From: an uncultured Thiotrichales bacterium
GTDB lineage: Bacteria; Pseudomonadota; Gammaproteobacteria; GCA-2400775
Assembly (NCBI GenBank): GCA_964445215.1
Contig: CAYUKF010000006.1
Coordinates: 1 to 26,217 of the forward strand
DNA length: 26,217 nt
Direction: 5' to 3'
The notes below the pieces were generated by a model. The model searched no databases. It saw nothing but the letters and a program-made list of their open reading frames with translations, and was not told the origin of the DNA. Positions 8,770-19,173 of this stretch are shown here, one piece after another (within the stretch, counting starts at the first letter, position 1; each line of letters begins with the position of its first letter). A program made the position numbers and the translations under genes.

Positions 8770-9792
8770 TCAACAAAACTTTTTTCGTATTTTATAGCGT
8801 CGTAGCGGGTTAAGGTATTTCTTTCTAAGGCCTTTGTGTCCCTCGCTGAGAAACCATTCGACTGCATCTAGCACTCTGGCGCTTGATTTTCCATCGGTGC
8901 GCGGATGTATGATTTTTGTATAACGCTTGATCGCTTGCATGAGTTCTTCAGGTCTTGAAAGTGCCTGTGTAATCATATCTACTATTTCATCTGCGTTGTT
9001 GGTATTAAGAAGATAAGGATTTTTGATCTTATTTTTAAACGTGACCACCGGTTTTTGCGTTAGCAGAAATTCATGCATGATGGATGAGGTATCGCATAAC
9101 ATCGCATCGGCCTGCAACAATACGGGGATTAAGTCATCGCTCTCAATATAGCGCAGATTATCGCTCTGTATTGCCTTATAAGCAGCCACTACCTCGGGCT
9201 TCATTTTAGGGTGTAGTGTTACCAACCAGCGCCAATTTTTATTAACATTAGCTAATTGTTTGATTTGGCTTATTAAGTGAGGCGCTGAGGTGAGCCGTTT
9301 GGAAAAAGTTGATGCGTACAAAATGGTGGGCTGTTCAGTTTGAACCTTGGTATAGGTATTGCTAAATAGAGGGTCAAGCTTAGGCCAGCCAGTTTCAACT
9401 ACTCTAAAATAGCCGTGCTTTTTAGCAAGCTGTTGAAAAGGGCGTGTAGTGTCTGAGCCTTGCGTACAATAAAGGTCAAAAAATCCACGAATGGTAAAAT
9501 GATTAGGCTTGCCATCGACATTAAAACCATGCGATAGATTAACTTTAATCCCTGGAATCATATCCGGGATGTCATTGCCTGGCGCGTAACAGGCGTCAGG
9601 TGCGTAGTTTATGGCTTCTTCTATACTATAAATTCGATGCTCATCATCGCGTAGGTAGTCGTAATTCAATTCTTTTCCCGCCAGCAACCATGCTACTTCG
9701 CCACCACGCACCCGAATAGCGTGTTGCAATGGGCGCAGTATCGAATACGAGTAATTTTGGGTGATAAAGAAAAGATGCCGTTGGGCGTGCAT
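8770..9792 (-). CDS. CDP-glycerol glycerophosphotransferase-like (TagB/TagF/EpsJ family) GT-B-fold transferase
   Basis: FFITQNYSYSILRPLQ, GIKV.LSHG, FTIRGFFDLYCTQG, TGWPKLDPLF, ILYASTFS, LHPKM, DAMLCDTSSI..EFL...KPVVTF. Actual donor substrate unknown. Confidence 0.75.
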   Translation of the reverse strand: MHAQRHLFFITQNYSYSILRPLQHAIRVRGGEVAWLLAGKELNYDYLRDDEHRIYSIEEAINYAPDACYAPGNDIPDMIPGIKVNLSHGFNVDGKPNHFTIRGFFDLYCTQGSDTTRPFQQLAKKHGYFRVVETGWPKLDPLFSNTYTKVQTEQPTILYASTFSKRLTSAPHLISQIKQLANVNKNWRWLVTLHPKMKPEVVAAYKAIQSDNLRYIESDDLIPVLLQADAMLCDTSSIMHEFLLTQKPVVTFKNKIKNPYLLNTNNADEIVDMITQALSRPEELMQAIKRYTKIIHPRTDGKSSARVLDAVEWFLSEGHKGLRKKYLNPLRRYKIRKKFC

Positions 9793-9930
9793 GCCGATCG
9801 CTTTATTTGAAATAAATCCATCTGCAATTATATACGATATGCTGCCTTGGCAGCTTACCCCTGTCAGGCTGTTATTATTTTAGTGTTGGGAGGTAGAATG
9901 GTTAAGTTAAGCAGTGTAAGCACTTAAATA

Positions 9931-11001
9931 ATGTCTATAAAAATTAAGCCAAAACATATCTGTTTGCTGCGTCTATCAGCGCTGGGTGATGTTACTCATG
10001 TTTTGCCCGTTATCAGTGCTATACGAAAAGCCTGGCCTGATTGTAAAATCAGTTGGATCATCGGCGAATTCGAGAAAAAGCTGTTGCCCAATCTTTCTGG
10101 GGTCGAGTTTATTGCTTTTAATAAGGCAGCAGGGATAGCAGAATATTGGCGATTGTTTTCTATTTTGCGAGGCTGTCAATTTGATGTTTTGCTGCATATG
10201 CAGTTGTCACTACGCGCAAATTTAATTGCGGCAATGGTGAAGGCGCCAATAAAGATTGGTTTTGATAAAGAAAGGTCGAAGGAGGCGCATACCCTAGTCA
10301 TTAACCGATCGATTGCGCATGTTCCGCAGCAACATGTGCTTGAAGCATTATTGAGTTTTTTGCAACCGCTAAATATTACAGTCGATAAAGTCGATTATAA
10401 GATGCCAATATCAGCAACGGCTATGGATGTCGCCAAGGGCTTAATCCCGCCCGGTCGACCTTATGTGGTCATTAGCCCTGCATCAAGTCATGCTCTACGT
10501 AACTGGACGGCTGCAGGCTATGCTGCCGTGGCCGATCATTTGATTGTTGAACATGGGCTTGAAGTCGTGCTGTGTGGTGGTAGAAGTGCACTTGAGGCTA
10601 CGCTTGGGTTGGCAATAGAAAAAAAAATGCACTGCAGGCTGCGTAATATTATTGGCAAAGATACGCTAGAGCAGATGGTGGCGATATTACATAATGCTCT
10701 TTTTTTAGTGAGCCCTGACTCTGGCCCGGCACATATTGCCAATGCAGTCGGCACACCGGTACTGGGTTTGTATGCGGCAACCGATCCTCAGCGTTCAGGC
10801 CCTTATCATAGCCGTCATTGGTGTATCGATGCCTACGCTAAGGCAGCAGAGAAATTCCTAAATAAGCAGCCTTCTCAATTAAAGTGGGGAAGAAAAATAG
10901 AAGTGCCGGGAGTGATGTCGTTAATTGAGGTTGACGAGGTAATTTCGAAAGTGGATGAGATGTTGGCTGAGTTACTGCCTAATTCATTGTCTGGGTCATG
11001 A
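9931..11001 (+). CDS. opsX: GT9 ADP-heptose:LPS heptosyltransferase, OpsX-like (heptosyltransferase I)
   Basis: ICLLRLSALGDVTH.L, ISWIIG..EKKLL, FDVLLHMQ.SLRAN, VSPDSGPAHIANAVGTPV.GLYA.TDP.RSGPY; close to kdkA. The GT9 call is firm; the opsX assignment is from recalled similarity only. Confidence 0.8.
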   Translation: MSIKIKPKHICLLRLSALGDVTHVLPVISAIRKAWPDCKISWIIGEFEKKLLPNLSGVEFIAFNKAAGIAEYWRLFSILRGCQFDVLLHMQLSLRANLIAAMVKAPIKIGFDKERSKEAHTLVINRSIAHVPQQHVLEALLSFLQPLNITVDKVDYKMPISATAMDVAKGLIPPGRPYVVISPASSHALRNWTAAGYAAVADHLIVEHGLEVVLCGGRSALEATLGLAIEKKMHCRLRNIIGKDTLEQMVAILHNALFLVSPDSGPAHIANAVGTPVLGLYAATDPQRSGPYHSRHWCIDAYAKAAEKFLNKQPSQLKWGRKIEVPGVMSLIEVDEVISKVDEMLAELLPNSLSGS

Positions 11002-11400
11002 ATAGTTCGCATAAGATTTTTCTTCTACCACTGTTGAGCCTAGTGCAAGATTAATATCTCGCTTAACGTTGGAGCGCTCATCATTGGTCAAATAGACGGC
11101 TCGTGCCAAAGCGATAAACGGTTCACCGAAATCGCCACCACGCTCAAGATCACGTATATCATCTTCAATAACCCAAAGTTTACTATTTATTTCGCGTAAT
11201 GCTTTCCATTGCGGGGAAATATCAGTTTTATCATTGTTATGTTGCTGCCACACAGAGCTCAATAGCCCAAGTTCATAACGTATATTTTTCAATTTAGCTT
11301 CATCTGTGATGCGTTCAGACTTGATTTCAAGAATGGTGATTTTATCAATTAGCTCACCAAAAGAAATGGGGGTCATTACCTCATTCATCGGCTTATCCAT
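10996..11400 (-). CDS. DUF6165-like protein of unknown function
   Basis: PISFGELIDKITILEIKSERI.D..KL.N...E, IN..LW.IEDDIR..ER..DFG..FI.LAR.VY.TND.R..VKR.IN...GS...EEKSY. Alternative start ATG 11388. Confidence 0.8.
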   Translation of the reverse strand: MDKPMNEVMTPISFGELIDKITILEIKSERITDEAKLKNIRYELGLLSSVWQQHNNDKTDISPQWKALREINSKLWVIEDDIRDLERGGDFGEPFIALARAVYLTNDERSNVKRDINLALGSTVVEEKSYANYS

Positions 11401-11476
11401 ATAGAGTGTATCTCACAATTATTCACTGCTGTGCGCTGTGCTAAGCTGGTTACCCCATGTGGGTATAAGGCTAAAA

Positions 11477-12190
11477 ATGAGTCAAGTCATTCAATCCGGC
11501 AATCAGTATATCTTATTTGATGAGGCGTATTTGGCAAGTGAGAATTGCGCCAAATTCTTTGCAGCCGGTTTTAATAATGATTTAAATATCGATAATATCG
11601 ACCGTCAAGGGCGAGGAGAAGCAAAGTTTGTTCGCTATGAAGACCATTCCCTGGTCGTTAAACATTATCTGCGCGGGGGCTTGTTAGCACGCTTTATACA
11701 TGATCGATACTACGGTTGTAACGCAGAGATCACGCGCGCGTTTAGAGAATGGCATTTGTTAGCGATGATGAGAAAAAAAGGCCTGCCGGTGCCGCAACCT
11801 ATCGCGGCTCGTGTTGTGATCAAACAGTGTTTTTATCGGGCAGATCTCGTCACGGTACAAATAGAGAATGCTAAAACGCTTGCACAATACTTGTTTGAAT
11901 CAGCTCTTGTCTCTGATCAATGGCAGGCTATTGGTGCGTGCATTAAACATTTTCACCAGCAGGGTGTTTATCACGCTGATCTCAACGCCAGCAATATTCT
12001 CATTAATCAACAGCAAGAATTGTTTGTGCTGGATTTTGATAAAGGCGCGATAAAATCAGGTGAACTGTGGAAACTAGACAATATTGAACGATTACAACGG
12101 TCATTGCTTAAATTTAAACAAAAAACCCCTAATTTTCATTTTGAATTTGATAATTGGCGTCAGTTAATACAAGGGTATATAGCTACTTAG
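11477..12190 (+). CDS. kdkA: 3-deoxy-D-manno-octulosonic acid (Kdo) kinase
   Basis: GRG, VVKHYLRGGL....HDRY, RAFREW.LL, GLPVP.PIAA, YHADLNASNIL, LDFDKG, N..RL.RSL.K. ATG 11477 preferred over the track's 11438. Confidence 0.9.
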   Translation: MSQVIQSGNQYILFDEAYLASENCAKFFAAGFNNDLNIDNIDRQGRGEAKFVRYEDHSLVVKHYLRGGLLARFIHDRYYGCNAEITRAFREWHLLAMMRKKGLPVPQPIAARVVIKQCFYRADLVTVQIENAKTLAQYLFESALVSDQWQAIGACIKHFHQQGVYHADLNASNILINQQQELFVLDFDKGAIKSGELWKLDNIERLQRSLLKFKQKTPNFHFEFDNWRQLIQGYIAT

Positions 12191-12210
12191 CCTGTAAGCT
12201 TGCAGCAGCT

Positions 12211-13110
12211 TTATTTGATCGGCTTATCTGAATATTTAAAACGACGGTGCACCCAGTAATATTGTTCTGGATATTCTCTTGCTATGCTTTCAATCAATTG
12301 ATTTATTCTCGAAGCATCCTCAGTCAAATCATCACTGGGAAAATTTTCCATTGCGGGCAATAACCGCAACTCATAATCAAGGCCATTTGATTTGCGAATC
12401 GGAAAATAAGGGATTACTGGCGCACCACTGATTTTGGCTATGCGTGATGTGCCGGGGTTGGTCGCGACATTATGGCCAAAAAAAGGCACTTGAATACTGC
12501 TTCGACCAGCATAAGCTTGGTCTGGCGCATACCAGACAATAAACCCCTTTTTTAAACTGCGCAGCATTTGTTTAACATTGTCATGGGCTATCATCGCGTC
12601 AAACCAATGACTTCTACCTTTTTCAACAATAGCCTCGAAAACCGGATTTCTATGTGGCCGATACATGCCGTGAATATCAAATCGGGTCTCACGTTGCAGT
12701 AAGGCACCACCGAGCTCTACAGAGGTGAAGTGTCCACCGACTAACAGCACGCCTTTGCCTTTAGCAAGCGCTTTTTGCAGATATTCTTGTCCGGTAATTT
12801 CTATTTTTGCCGGGATCTGATCGCCACGTTTCCACCAGCTGATTAACATCTCCATCACCATTATGCCGAGTGCTTGAAAATGCGCATGAACGAGGATATC
12901 AATGTCCTCAGGTTTTTTCTCTGGGAAGGCACGTTGTAGATTGTTTTGAGCGATCCGCCGACGTCGGTGAATCAATCGGTGAAGCAAGCGACCTAGTGGT
13001 GACCCGAAACGCATCAATGCTCTAGCAGGTAGCAGTGCAATGATACGGATAATGGCCACGACGAGCCACGATAGCCAATGACGAGGGTGATAAAGTTGCG
13101 TGTGTTTCAA
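12211..13110 (-). CDS. lpxL: Lipid A late acyltransferase (LpxL/HtrB family)
   Basis: HPRHW..W, RRRIA..NL..AFPE, GKGVLL...HFTSVE, YAPDQ, VPFFG, QYYWVHRRFK; TTG start. Acyl-chain specificity not determinable. Confidence 0.9.
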   Translation of the reverse strand: MKHTQLYHPRHWLSWLVVAIIRIIALLPARALMRFGSPLGRLLHRLIHRRRRIAQNNLQRAFPEKKPEDIDILVHAHFQALGIMVMEMLISWWKRGDQIPAKIEITGQEYLQKALAKGKGVLLVGGHFTSVELGGALLQRETRFDIHGMYRPHRNPVFEAIVEKGRSHWFDAMIAHDNVKQMLRSLKKGFIVWYAPDQAYAGRSSIQVPFFGHNVATNPGTSRIAKISGAPVIPYFPIRKSNGLDYELRLLPAMENFPSDDLTEDASRINQLIESIAREYPEQYYWVHRRFKYSDKPIK

Positions 13111-13244
13111 GTATCTTAAGAAGCGTTAAGGATCAGCGTGCTATGCTAGCATACGTTATTCTTTTGCACTGCCAGATAGTTGGGCAGACGTGCCCAATAC
13201 CTAGCTAACAATACAGCTTTTTGGTTTAGCCAAGCAGACTACAA

Positions 13245-14528
13245 ATGCGTCACCTCTATACGTTACTTGCCCTACCCATCGTCATTTTCTTTGAGCTGCG
13301 CTTATGGTGGCGAGCACTTTGGTCGCAGCAAATTCATCCCGTATGGCAGCAGCGCCTAGGTCAACGCTTTGGTCAGGCGCCGGTTTTTTCTGTTGCACCT
13401 ATTTGGTTGCACGCCGTCTCGGTTGGCGAAGTGCAGGCACTAGTGCCTCTATTAAAACAAATTATTAATCGTTACCCCGATACGCCGGTGTTAGTAACCA
13501 CCATGACGTCTACAGGCGCTGACCGTCTTAAGCAGAGCCTCGGCGACCACGTCACACATTCTTATTTACCCTATGATTTACCTTTTGCGGTGAAGCGTTT
13601 CCTCAAGCGTAGCAAGCCCTGTATAGGCTTGATTATGGAAACCGAGATCTGGCCAAATCTCTACTATTATGCTGCGCTTGAATCAATTCCTTTAATGCTG
13701 ATTAATGCGCGTTTATCACATCGTTCAGCACATTCTTATGGCCGTTTTGCGAGCCTGACAGGAAAAACTTTACGCTGTCTGAATGTAGTCGCTGCACAAA
13801 CATCCGCCGATGCTGAGCGATTTATTGCCTTGGGTGTCCCACACAAGCGCGTGTTTATGACGGGAAATGTTAAATTTGATATCAGCATTGCATCGAGCCA
13901 ACTTGAGGAGGCAGAAGCACTGCGCCGTGTCTGGGGAAACAGTCGCTCGGTCTGGATTGCTGCCAGCACACATGATGGTGAGGATGAGCAGATTTTACAA
14001 AGTTTTGATCTTGTTCAAAAAACTGTGCCTGAGGCGCTGTTAGTGTTAGTGCCGCGTCATCCAGAACGCTTTGACAAAGTGGAATCGCTTTGTCAAAAGC
14101 ATGGCTTAAACGTTATACGGCGCAGTGCTAACACTATATGTTCGGATGATACCCATGTCTTTCTCGGTGATAGCATGGGTGAACTGGCGATGTTTTATGC
14201 AGCGGCAGATGTCGCATTTGTAGGGGGTAGCCTGGTGCCAATAGGTGGGCATAATTTATTAGAACCCGCTGCCGTGGGTTTGCCTGTGATAATTGGTCCT
14301 TACACGCATAATTTTGAATATATTAGTGAATTGCTATTGGACAAGGGTGCGGCACGACGAGTCATGGATGCTAACGAGCTTGGTTTGGCTGTGATTGAAT
14401 TTTTGCAAGAGCCCAATCTACGAGACAATGCTGGCGAGCAGGGACGGTGGGTTGTTGAAGAAAACCGTGGAGCAGTCAATGCGGTAGTAGCCTTAATTGC
14501 CAAGCAATTGGATTCAATTGCCAGTTGA
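13245..14528 (+). CDS. waaA: Kdo transferase
   Basis: IWLHAVSVGEV, TTMT.TG, YLPYD, METEIWPNL, INARLS.RS, GNVKFD, WIAASTH.GE, VPRHPERF, DSMGEL, GGHNLLEPAA. Confidence 0.97.
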   Translation: MRHLYTLLALPIVIFFELRLWWRALWSQQIHPVWQQRLGQRFGQAPVFSVAPIWLHAVSVGEVQALVPLLKQIINRYPDTPVLVTTMTSTGADRLKQSLGDHVTHSYLPYDLPFAVKRFLKRSKPCIGLIMETEIWPNLYYYAALESIPLMLINARLSHRSAHSYGRFASLTGKTLRCLNVVAAQTSADAERFIALGVPHKRVFMTGNVKFDISIASSQLEEAEALRRVWGNSRSVWIAASTHDGEDEQILQSFDLVQKTVPEALLVLVPRHPERFDKVESLCQKHGLNVIRRSANTICSDDTHVFLGDSMGELAMFYAAADVAFVGGSLVPIGGHNLLEPAAVGLPVIIGPYTHNFEYISELLLDKGAARRVMDANELGLAVIEFLQEPNLRDNAGEQGRWVVEENRGAVNAVVALIAKQLDSIAS

Positions 14529-14567
14529 ATAGGGAAGAATATTTAGCGGCTTTACCAATTTATCCGC

Positions 14568-14734
14568 TTAAGGAAGCTCTGAATAAGTCTGGGTGAATTT
14601 AGGCTGAGATAAAGTCGTTGCAATTGGTTTCGAAGTGAGCGGCAATAGTCGCTCTCTTGCTGTGATCTTCGCAACCAATTGGAGCGATTTTAGCCAGCGT
14701 AAAACAATCATGACTTGCTTTAGGGCTTCCTTAA
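14568..14734. mobile_element. 167-bp nested-hairpin MITE-like repeat with TTAA ends, overlapping the tolC 3' end
   Basis: Outer stem TTAAGGAAGCTCTGAATAAGTC (14568-14589) pairs with 14712-14734 (22 bp, 3 G.T, one bulge); inner stem 14611-14635/14667-14691 (25 positions, 2 G.T, 2 mismatches); innermost GAGCGGC-AATA-GTCGCTC. Confidence 0.7.
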
Positions 14735-16039
14735 CCAGCGATTCACCTCACGAATATCATTGTTGGTCAGTGCGCCTGCGGCTTGTTTTAGACGCAGCGT
14801 GTTCAAAATATAATCATAACGCGCCCGCGCGCGATCACGTTTAGCACGAAATAATATCCGTCTCGCATCGAGCACATCGACCGTGGTACGAGTACCAACT
14901 TCCAGGCCTACTTCATTAGCTTGCAGAGCACTCTGGCTGGATTTTTCAGCTTGTTTTAATGCATTAATACGGCTGATGCTTGCTAGCACTCCCAAATACG
15001 ATTCCCTAACCTGACGTACCGTGCTACGCCGTTGTTGTTCAAGTTGCTGGCTTGCTTCGTTAAGGCGTGCCAGTGCCTCACGTGTTTGTGATCGAATTCG
15101 TCCGCCTTGGTAAAGCGGTACATTAAACTGCAAGCTTAACGCTGTGCTATCGATTTCGCTACCACCGAGGCTACCACCACCAGAAACGTTATTAGACTGA
15201 CTGGCGACAATATCAACGGTAGCGTAGTGGCCAGATTTTGCACGATCTATGGCATGGCGTAAATTTTCGCTGGCAAATTGCGTGGCCTGTACGTTAAGAT
15301 TTTCGTTGAGCGCAACTTCAACCCAGCGCTCAATATTATCAGGATCAGGCGAAGGTAGAGGGGTGTTGGCAATTAAGGCAGCCAGAACACCGTGATAGTT
15401 GCCAGTGACCTCACGCAAGCCTTCATACGCACTTAGTAACGTATTGTCAGCATCGATGCCATCAGCAATAGATAAATCATAGCTCGCTTGTGCTTCGTGA
15501 ACATCGGTAATAGGAATCAGGCCGACATCAAATCGCTCATTGGTTTGATCAAGTTGGCGCGCGATAGCTTTTCTTTCGGCCTTGGCAAACGTAACATTGT
15601 CTTGTGCGGCCAATACATCAAAGTAACGCTCGGCGACACGCACGATCAGCTCTTGTTTAGCGCCAGCAAAATTGGCCTCGGCTTCGCCAACAATGGCATC
15701 GGTCTGGCGCCGCTGTATGATCGCATCGCGATTGTATACAGGCTGTGTCAGGTTTAGCGTATAGCCATGTGAGTTAAAGTCTTCGTTGCCACCAAATTGA
15801 CCAATATCGAATTGGCGGTCTTGTGAATTATCGGTGGTGTTGGCGTTGAGGTTGATATTAGGTAAAAAATTTGCCCGCGCCTGTGGTCGCGACTCTAAAG
15901 CGGCATTATAAGCTGCCTCGGCTTGGTTGACCTGCGGGTCATTGACTAAAGCAAGCGCAAGAATTTCTTCAAGATTAACGGCGTTAGCATGGCAAGACAG
16001 GCCAAACGCAGCAAGTAAGATCAGCATGCGAACTGACAC
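14720..16039 (-). CDS. tolC: TolC family outer membrane channel
   Basis: Signal peptide ending CHANA, ARANFLP.I.L, GYTLNLTQPVY, QELIVRVAERYFDVL.AQD, RFDVGL..ITDVHEAQA.YD, VPLYQGG, EVGTRTTVDVLDA, ARYDYILN.L.LKQAAG.L. Start probably GTG 16039 or ATG 16027; the track's 16114 overlaps pcm. Confidence 0.93.
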   Translation of the reverse strand: MSVRMLILLAAFGLSCHANAVNLEEILALALVNDPQVNQAEAAYNAALESRPQARANFLPNINLNANTTDNSQDRQFDIGQFGGNEDFNSHGYTLNLTQPVYNRDAIIQRRQTDAIVGEAEANFAGAKQELIVRVAERYFDVLAAQDNVTFAKAERKAIARQLDQTNERFDVGLIPITDVHEAQASYDLSIADGIDADNTLLSAYEGLREVTGNYHGVLAALIANTPLPSPDPDNIERWVEVALNENLNVQATQFASENLRHAIDRAKSGHYATVDIVASQSNNVSGGGSLGGSEIDSTALSLQFNVPLYQGGRIRSQTREALARLNEASQQLEQQRRSTVRQVRESYLGVLASISRINALKQAEKSSQSALQANEVGLEVGTRTTVDVLDARRILFRAKRDRARARYDYILNTLRLKQAAGALTNNDIREVNRWLRKP

Positions 16040-16082
16040 TTCCACTCTAGAAACAGTGCACTTAGTGATTAAAATGCGCCGC

Positions 16083-16745
16083 CTAAAATATGAAACTGGA
16101 CGGCGTTTTAGCATTTTTCAGTGGTGCTAAGTCTGTTTCAAACAAGCTTTGTTTCACCCATTCGTCCATGGTCACGCGGGTAACGAGTAAAGCTTCCATA
16201 ATGGGAGTTTGGCCAACAATGACAAACAAGCGCCCACCGACATTGAGACTTTGCGCAAAGGCGTCGATATATTGTGGCAACGAGCCCGTTACAGCGATGA
16301 CATCGTAGCTTTCTGCGTCAGTTTTCCAGCCATTTGAGGCATCACCCTGCTCAAGGGTGACATTACTGATGCCGTGATGATCAAGGCGTGATTTGGCTTG
16401 TGCCAAGAAGTCTTCATGAAGATCGATGCTGGTGACATGCGCGGCTATGTTAGCCAGCATAGCCGTGACATAGCCACTGCCTGTGCCTACTTCGAGTACG
16501 CGCTCGGCGTGCTGGATGTTCAGTGTTTGCACCATGCGTGCTTCAAGTTTGGGCGACATCATTACTTCGCCATGGTCCAACGCAATATTGATATCAGCAT
16601 AGGCCAGTGGTTTATTGCTATCGTTGACAAAGGTGTCACGTGGCAGCGTCTCCAACAAATCCAACACACGCTGGTCGAGCACGTCCCAAGGGCGTATTTG
16701 CTGTTCAATCATATTAAACCGAGCTTGCGCCAATTCCATCATCAT
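16083..16745 (-). CDS. pcm: Protein-L-isoaspartate O-methyltransferase family protein (pcm paralog type found upstream of tolC)
   Basis: ARFNMIEQQIRPWDV, AYAD, VLEVGTGSGY (SAM-binding motif), YDVIAVTGS, L..GGRL..IVG..PIM, LFET. Start within the ATG run 16745/16742/16739. Confidence 0.88.
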   Translation of the reverse strand: MMMELAQARFNMIEQQIRPWDVLDQRVLDLLETLPRDTFVNDSNKPLAYADINIALDHGEVMMSPKLEARMVQTLNIQHAERVLEVGTGSGYVTAMLANIAAHVTSIDLHEDFLAQAKSRLDHHGISNVTLEQGDASNGWKTDAESYDVIAVTGSLPQYIDAFAQSLNVGGRLFVIVGQTPIMEALLVTRVTMDEWVKQSLFETDLAPLKNAKTPSSFIF

Positions 16746-16838
16746 CACCAAAAATTCGCGATCCAAAGAGTTGCTATTCTAGCTAGCCTGGCCATAGGAC
16801 GCCAGCTTAGCGATAAGGTTTGTGTGATTTGTCAGGCA

Positions 16839-17104
16839 GTACTCCGTCAAGGTGATAATATCGGGTTCAGCGTCACAGGAAAGTTGTTCTGCACGGCGCG
16901 CTTTCGAAGCGCATAGCGGAGCCACGTCAAGAAAGCGTAACACCGCAGAACGGCTTCCCTGTGGCGCCCGAAGGGCTTGTCTGTCTGTGCCCACGGACGG
17001 CGTTGCTTTTCTCTCGACTTGGAGCCACCAAGCCTTCGAAAAAGCGCCTAGCCGTGAACGCAGACAGACAAGCTGAACCCGATATTATCACCTTGACGGA
17101 GTAC
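16839..17104. mobile_element. MITE-like structured repeat, 266 bp, with perfect terminal inverted repeats
   Basis: GTACTCCGTCAAGGTGATAATATCGGGTTCAGC (16839-16871) is the exact reverse complement of 17072-17104; inner stems 16870-16892/16945-16967 and 16976-16987/17061-17072; CGCCCGAAGGG at 16965-16975. Confidence 0.8.
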
Positions 17105-17130
17105 AGGATGGTATCCTATACCGCAACAAG

Positions 17131-19165
<2,035 letters not shown>

Positions 19166-19173
19166 AACTAAAT

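Noticed and set aside
16040-16114. Long N-terminal extensions given by the ORF track for tolC (also yggX 23248-23343, thiC 17270-17296, kdkA 11438-11476)
   Set aside because: They overlap neighbouring genes or regulatory RNA; downstream starts fit SDs and family N-termini better.
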